Below the pieces are notes generated by a model that did not search any database, had not been told where the DNA came from, and was given only the letters and a program-made list of their open reading frames with translations. A program made the translations under genes and the position numbers. From Spirochaetia bacterium (GTDB lineage: Bacteria; Spirochaetota; Spirochaetia; CADAEX01), in NCBI GenBank assembly GCA_963662795.1, contig OY759746.1:608001-672000 (forward strand): 64,000 bases of DNA, read 5' to 3'. Positions 59,593-64,000 of this stretch are shown here, piece after piece. Within the stretch, counting starts at the first letter, position 1. Each line of letters opens with the position of its first letter.

Positions 59593-59898
59593 TTAAAGTT
59601 TTATGCCTATAGCCTCGTTAACCATAGCCCTGATACCCGGCCTGCCGGGGAGCCTCCCTTCCCGGCCGGGAACTTCAACTATCAGCGGAAACTGCTCTGT
59701 AAAAATATACCGGTCGACAAGGGGTCTTATCATATCAGCGATTTTGTAATCAATGATAATAATCCCGACATCGCTGTCTTCAAGAGCTGAGTTGAACGCG
59801 GTTTCTGCTTCTGCCGGGTTCTCTGCTTTTACACCCTGAACTCCCACAAGACCAAAACCTAAAACAGCATCTTCATCGCCGATAACAAAGTATTTCAT
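59593..59898 (-). CDS. V/A-type ATP synthase subunit F
   Basis: VIGDEDAVLGFGLVGV, P.IVEVP, AIGIK. Confidence 0.92.
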   Translation of the reverse strand: MKYFVIGDEDAVLGFGLVGVQGVKAENPAEAETAFNSALEDSDVGIIIIDYKIADMIRPLVDRYIFTEQFPLIVEVPGREGRLPGRPGIRAMVNEAIGIKL

Positions 59899-59907
59899 GA
59901 CCGGGCC

Positions 59908-60276
59908 CTAAATTTTACCCAGTATCATCAGCGCAGTTATAAAACCGAATACGACAAGACCTTCAGCAAGCGCGATAAAAATAAGTGCCTGGGAAGCCAG
60001 TTCAGGTTTTTCCGCGATTGCGCCCATGGCGGCGGAACCTACATTTCCGATTGCAAGACCTGCGCCGAGAGCCCCGAAACCAAATGCAATAGCTGCTGCA
60101 ATAAGACCGAATTTTGCGACTCCCGCTTCCTGTTCTGTCATTGCCGCGTTTCCAGTTGAATGGTCCTGGGCAACTACATCCGCTACACTTCCTACCGCAA
60201 ACATTGTAATGGCGGCGAACAGAATAACCAGACTAAAATTGACCTTTTTCCTGAATTCCCCTGTTGTGTTATTCAT
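59908..60276 (-). CDS. V/A-type ATP synthase subunit K/c (single hairpin with N-terminal leader)
   Basis: GSAAMGAIAEKPE, IALAEGLVVFG. Confidence 0.92.
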   Translation of the reverse strand: MNNTTGEFRKKVNFSLVILFAAITMFAVGSVADVVAQDHSTGNAAMTEQEAGVAKFGLIAAAIAFGFGALGAGLAIGNVGSAAMGAIAEKPELASQALIFIALAEGLVVFGFITALMILGKI

Positions 60277-60293
60277 AAGTAACTCCTCCTTCT

Positions 60294-62342
60294 TTAGCTG
60301 TTTCCCTTCAACGCGATCGGAGCATAAGCTTTACCGGTACCGCTGAAATATTTGGAAAAGAATTCATAATAATTTAATCTCAAAGACTGAATGCCTGCAG
60401 AGAGGCCTTCAAGTCCGATAACCAGTATATTGCCGGCAACAATTATAAGAATGGACCAGATGTTAAATCCGCCAACTCCTCCTGTTACCATTTTTGAAAT
60501 CTGGTCAAACGCCATCATAAGGCTTACATGGGCTATTCCAAGCCCGGCAACCCTCATGAAGGAGAGCGTATTTGCCAGATATCCGGAAAAAATCTCAAGC
60601 ATTTCGACAAGCCAGTCCATCGAAAAATTCATCAATGAAAATACCGTGAATTTATGGGGGTTATTGGGATGTTTCCTGTTATGAAGTACCATTTCAAGAG
60701 GGGACTTCATCATAAATAAAACAGCCGGAAGGCCGACCAGGAAAAAAAGTGTATTGCCTTCAGGCAGCTGTTTGTAGTCATGCTGAGCGAAAAAGAAAGC
60801 AACATAGGTTCCGGCGCCGTACATCCAGCCTCCGAGCAGTCCGCCCTTATCCAGAAAAAGCCTGAACCAGTTTCCTTTTGAAATACAGTTTATCCAGTTC
60901 AGGATCAGCCCAAGCCCTATTACAGTAATACCGAAATAGATTGTTACAAGGAGTATGCCCGAGATGTCAGTTATAAGTCCCGGCCCTGCATGGCCCGCGA
61001 TTATACCGTGATAGTCAAACCACACAGGATTAAACCATTTATGCCCGAAATATGAACCGAACAGTATTCCTGTTATTATCGCTGATGCGCCGCACCATAT
61101 CATAAGCTGAAACAGCTTATTTGTTCCGCTTCCTGATTCTTTCCGCGTCATGAATATCCCGAAAAGGCCGATTAATGCGATAACAAACCCATGGCCGGCA
61201 TCGCCGAACATCAGACCGAACATTATAAGATAGGCGACAGCAACAATCGGAGTCGGGTCGATTGTTCCGTATTGCGGAATAGCGTAATTTGTAACCAGCA
61301 TTTCAAAAGGGGAAAGAAGCTTCGGATTTTTCATTTTCACGGGAACATCCGGATCTTTTTTATTTATCTTTTTTATTTCCTGGGGATCGCTCCACTCAAG
61401 ATAGCATCTCTTATCTGTGACCTTCAATATAGCGGATTCAAGGGAATCCTTCTTTGATGCCGGAAGCCATCCGGAAAAAAGCATAGTCCGGGATGTCTTG
61501 CTGTAGAAAGACTGCATTTTATAAAAAAGTTCGTTCATTCTCAGATTCGACCACATATCCTCAAGGAAATCCTTTCTGGCAAGGATAAATTCCTTTGCCT
61601 CATTAGCGGTCTCTTCCTGTTTAATTTTAAGATTGTTTATTTTTTCATCAATTTCAGATTTTGCGTTAATTCCAAGATTATCAATATTGCCTGAAACATC
61701 CATTTCTTCCCATTCAAACTTCTGAAGAAGCTTTTCAACCCTCAGGGAATCTCTTTTCATTGTTATCAGCAGTATTGTAATAATTTCTGCCTGCTGACCC
61801 AGCTTTATCTGTACCGACGGAACAGACTGAAAGCTGTTTATAAATTCTTCCTCTTTGGAGTAATGAAGTTTACCGGTCTGGATGGAAAGAAAAGCATATT
61901 TATTTCCTGTTTCAATATTTTCACCAAGACTGTCAAATAAGGCAAGCTGTCTTTTAATTTCTTCAAGCTTGTGAATTTCCTGCTGTATGTTTTTCTGTTT
62001 ATCCCTCATCTTCTGAAGACCGGATGCCACAGAATCAAGCTCATTATTGCACTCTTCAATATCTACAGGGCTTAATTTTGAAACATCAAGGTCCTTTACA
62101 TCAACAGGATTGTGTTCAACAATATTGAAAAAAGAATCAATCCTTCTTCTTGTATCCGCAATTTTACTCTGCGGGACCTTTGGAGAGACATTCGCAAGAT
62201 AGTTTCCTGAATTTTCCGCAACCTCGGTTACTTTAACAAAATGAAGCACTCCCTGCTTAAGCAGTTCTTTGGTTACATTATCAACATCCTGTTCCAGAAC
62301 AATTGCCGCCAGCTGGCACATTTTTGTGGTAAACATTATCAT
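60294..62342 (-). CDS. V/A-type ATP synthase subunit I/a
   Basis: GWLP, DPTP, FGLMFGDAGHG, NTLSFMRVAG...H, LRLNYYEFF. Confidence 0.94.
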   Translation of the reverse strand: MIMFTTKMCQLAAIVLEQDVDNVTKELLKQGVLHFVKVTEVAENSGNYLANVSPKVPQSKIADTRRRIDSFFNIVEHNPVDVKDLDVSKLSPVDIEECNNELDSVASGLQKMRDKQKNIQQEIHKLEEIKRQLALFDSLGENIETGNKYAFLSIQTGKLHYSKEEEFINSFQSVPSVQIKLGQQAEIITILLITMKRDSLRVEKLLQKFEWEEMDVSGNIDNLGINAKSEIDEKINNLKIKQEETANEAKEFILARKDFLEDMWSNLRMNELFYKMQSFYSKTSRTMLFSGWLPASKKDSLESAILKVTDKRCYLEWSDPQEIKKINKKDPDVPVKMKNPKLLSPFEMLVTNYAIPQYGTIDPTPIVAVAYLIMFGLMFGDAGHGFVIALIGLFGIFMTRKESGSGTNKLFQLMIWCGASAIITGILFGSYFGHKWFNPVWFDYHGIIAGHAGPGLITDISGILLVTIYFGITVIGLGLILNWINCISKGNWFRLFLDKGGLLGGWMYGAGTYVAFFFAQHDYKQLPEGNTLFFLVGLPAVLFMMKSPLEMVLHNRKHPNNPHKFTVFSLMNFSMDWLVEMLEIFSGYLANTLSFMRVAGLGIAHVSLMMAFDQISKMVTGGVGGFNIWSILIIVAGNILVIGLEGLSAGIQSLRLNYYEFFSKYFSGTGKAYAPIALKGNS

Positions 62343-63412
62343 ATTACACTCTTTATCCTGTCTTCTTCAATATTATAGTATTTGGCATTAAGTATTGTCA
62401 TAACCTTGCGAAGTTCATTCTTCTTGAGCACAAAGTATGCAAGCACAATACCGATATTAAAGGGATAACCGCCTTTGACTTTCTTCACTTCATAGAGGAT
62501 AACCTGATCGAGAAGCCTGCCGAGCAGCACAAGCTTTGACTGGTTGTCCGAGCTCTGTACAGCCAGCATTGAAGAGAGCGCTGTGTATTTTTTGCTTATC
62601 AGGCTTCTTAAAATCTCTGTTGAGTCTCCTGTATTAAAAGCATCTTCAAGCGCTTTTTTATCAAGATGATGGCCATAGGGGATCATATTAGCCAGGGACT
62701 GATCCATTGTCATCTTGTAAAAATCCCTGAATCTGACAAGCCAGGAGATATTCTCCATATCGATTTCCACGCCGAGCATTCTCTTTGTAATATCAAAATC
62801 CATTTTATCAAGTTTCTTCATCTTGTCATAAAGCTGCTTGTAAAAATATCTGTCAAGAGCAATTTCAACAGGAAAGAGGTTCCTGGCAACATCCATCTGG
62901 GAAGAGTTTTCTTTAATTATCTGGGCATAAGGGGTTCCTGAAAGAACTTCAACAATTCCCTCTATTGAATCGACATTAATTATCTGGTCTACATGAAGAT
63001 CATAATGGATTTTTTCCCTGAAAAGATAACCGGTAAGACCGTCGATATTTCTTTTCCTGATTACACGGTCAAACCATAGTCTTATTGCTGCTTTAAGGTT
63101 TTCAATCTCGTATTTTCCTGTAAGGGCTTTTACAAATTCAAGAACCTCGCCGCTTATATATCTTTCAAGCTCGTGATAAAGCTCAATTTCTTTTTTATAC
63201 AGTTCAAGCTCCGCGAGCTTAAGATCGCCTGTCCTGTTATATACCTCTTCAAGGATCTGAAAAGAAGTATCGTGCAGAATTCTTACGGCTTCGCCGAGAG
63301 ACCTTGACTTGGCCATATTGATAAGTACTTCGTCCGGTAGTATATTGCTTATCCTGGCCCTGAGTTTGGCGTTGATAAAGGCATATTTTTTAAGCCTCGC
63401 CTGCCCGATCAT
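62339..63412 (-). CDS. V/A-type ATP synthase subunit C/d
   Basis: YAFINAKLRA, EIENLK, EIALDRY, IDMENI. Confidence 0.9.
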   Translation of the reverse strand: MIGQARLKKYAFINAKLRARISNILPDEVLINMAKSRSLGEAVRILHDTSFQILEEVYNRTGDLKLAELELYKKEIELYHELERYISGEVLEFVKALTGKYEIENLKAAIRLWFDRVIRKRNIDGLTGYLFREKIHYDLHVDQIINVDSIEGIVEVLSGTPYAQIIKENSSQMDVARNLFPVEIALDRYFYKQLYDKMKKLDKMDFDITKRMLGVEIDMENISWLVRFRDFYKMTMDQSLANMIPYGHHLDKKALEDAFNTGDSTEILRSLISKKYTALSSMLAVQSSDNQSKLVLLGRLLDQVILYEVKKVKGGYPFNIGIVLAYFVLKKNELRKVMTILNAKYYNIEEDRIKSVI

Positions 63413-63430
63413 GATTTTGCTCCTGATGTT

Positions 63431-63760
63431 TTATTCGCGTTCATATTCAGGCCTGATCAGCGACTGGGCTATAAGCCGTGCAACCGCTTCTGTCCTGCCT
63501 GAACTTTTTTCAAGAAAAGCGTTGTTTTCCTTTTCAGCTTCTTCTACAGCTTTTTTAAAATCCGCTTCTGCTTTTTCCTGGGCTGCCTTGACTGCGGTTT
63601 GTATTCTTTTCTGGGCTTCTTCTTTAGCGGACAAAACAGACTGGTTATAATCTGCATCTGCGGCCGAAATAATCTCACCGGCTTTTTCACGTGCCTGCTG
63701 AATAAGCTTTTCCGCTTCTTTTTCTGCGTTAATAATTTCTTCAAGAACTGATTTCTGCAT
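63431..63760 (-). CDS. V/A-type ATP synthase peripheral stalk subunit G/H
   Basis: A/E/K-rich coiled coil (I..AEKEAEK.I..A), first gene of the operon. Confidence 0.8.
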   Translation of the reverse strand: MQKSVLEEIINAEKEAEKLIQQAREKAGEIISAADADYNQSVLSAKEEAQKRIQTAVKAAQEKAEADFKKAVEEAEKENNAFLEKSSGRTEAVARLIAQSLIRPEYERE

Positions 63761-63785
63761 ATTAATACTCTGCTTATTTTTTTTT

Positions 63786-63814
63786 ACTATGCGCTTTAGG
63801 GCAATCTATGTCAA
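63786..63814 (-). promoter_or_regulatory. Sigma70-type promoter of the V-ATPase operon
   Basis: Minus strand TTGACA-17 bp-CATAGT, 26 nt upstream of ATG 63760. Confidence 0.7.
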
Positions 63815-64000
63815 GACTGACTGTCTTTTTGATATTCCGGACTCTTTTCCCCCGCACCTCCATGAAAAACAGCTGGTATCAATGCAGCTGCCGGAGAAAA
63901 GGACTTTCCGTTATTCCTTATTTTATCAGCAGTTATTTAAACTGATAAAGCAAAAAAGATGCAGAATAAATCTGACTTAATGGAATTCCATGCTCTCTCC

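Noticed and set aside
63789-63980. 63-aa plus-strand ORF at the window end
   Set aside because: Overlaps the V-ATPase promoter, no RBS, no recognisable motif
1-64000. CRISPR arrays, prophage, integrase, defence systems, and the many short antisense or alternate-frame ORFs in the track
   Set aside because: No regularly spaced repeats or hallmark genes seen; the short ORFs overlap well-supported genes and lack motifs

Overview
Bacterial chromosomal window, most likely a free-living anaerobic spirochaete (inferred from the Borrelia-like chemotaxis operon order and the Usp/EIIA-linked V-type ATPase operon). Backbone: U32 peptidase (partial), hybrid histidine kinase, DUF1007/NicO metal-uptake pair, feoAAB with a DtxR-like operator, Crp/Fnr regulator with a matching box before a flavin-disulfide oxidoreductase, yjdF riboswitch plus YjdF, hslO, a PII-like/EIIA/Mrp(Mbh A-H-like) operon, putP and a complete V/A-type ATPase operon. 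Two visibly AT-richer accessory blocks stand out. (1) A ~20 kb integrase-less island (12.43-32.6 kb) bounded by a 24-bp direct repeat of the 3' end of tRNA-Ile2(CAT). It carries almost only signal transduction: a complete chemosensory operon, MCP, HD-GYP, a decayed GGDEF, hybrid kinases, orphan response regulators and an unannotated 42-aa TPR-like microprotein. (2) An ~11 kb sigma54-driven catabolic cluster (DUF1537 kinase, Fe-ADH, PdxA2, DapA-like aldolase, polar amino-acid ABC transporter, aminotransferase) next to an internally deleted IS481 remnant. All product calls come from motif recognition by eye; no database searches were run.
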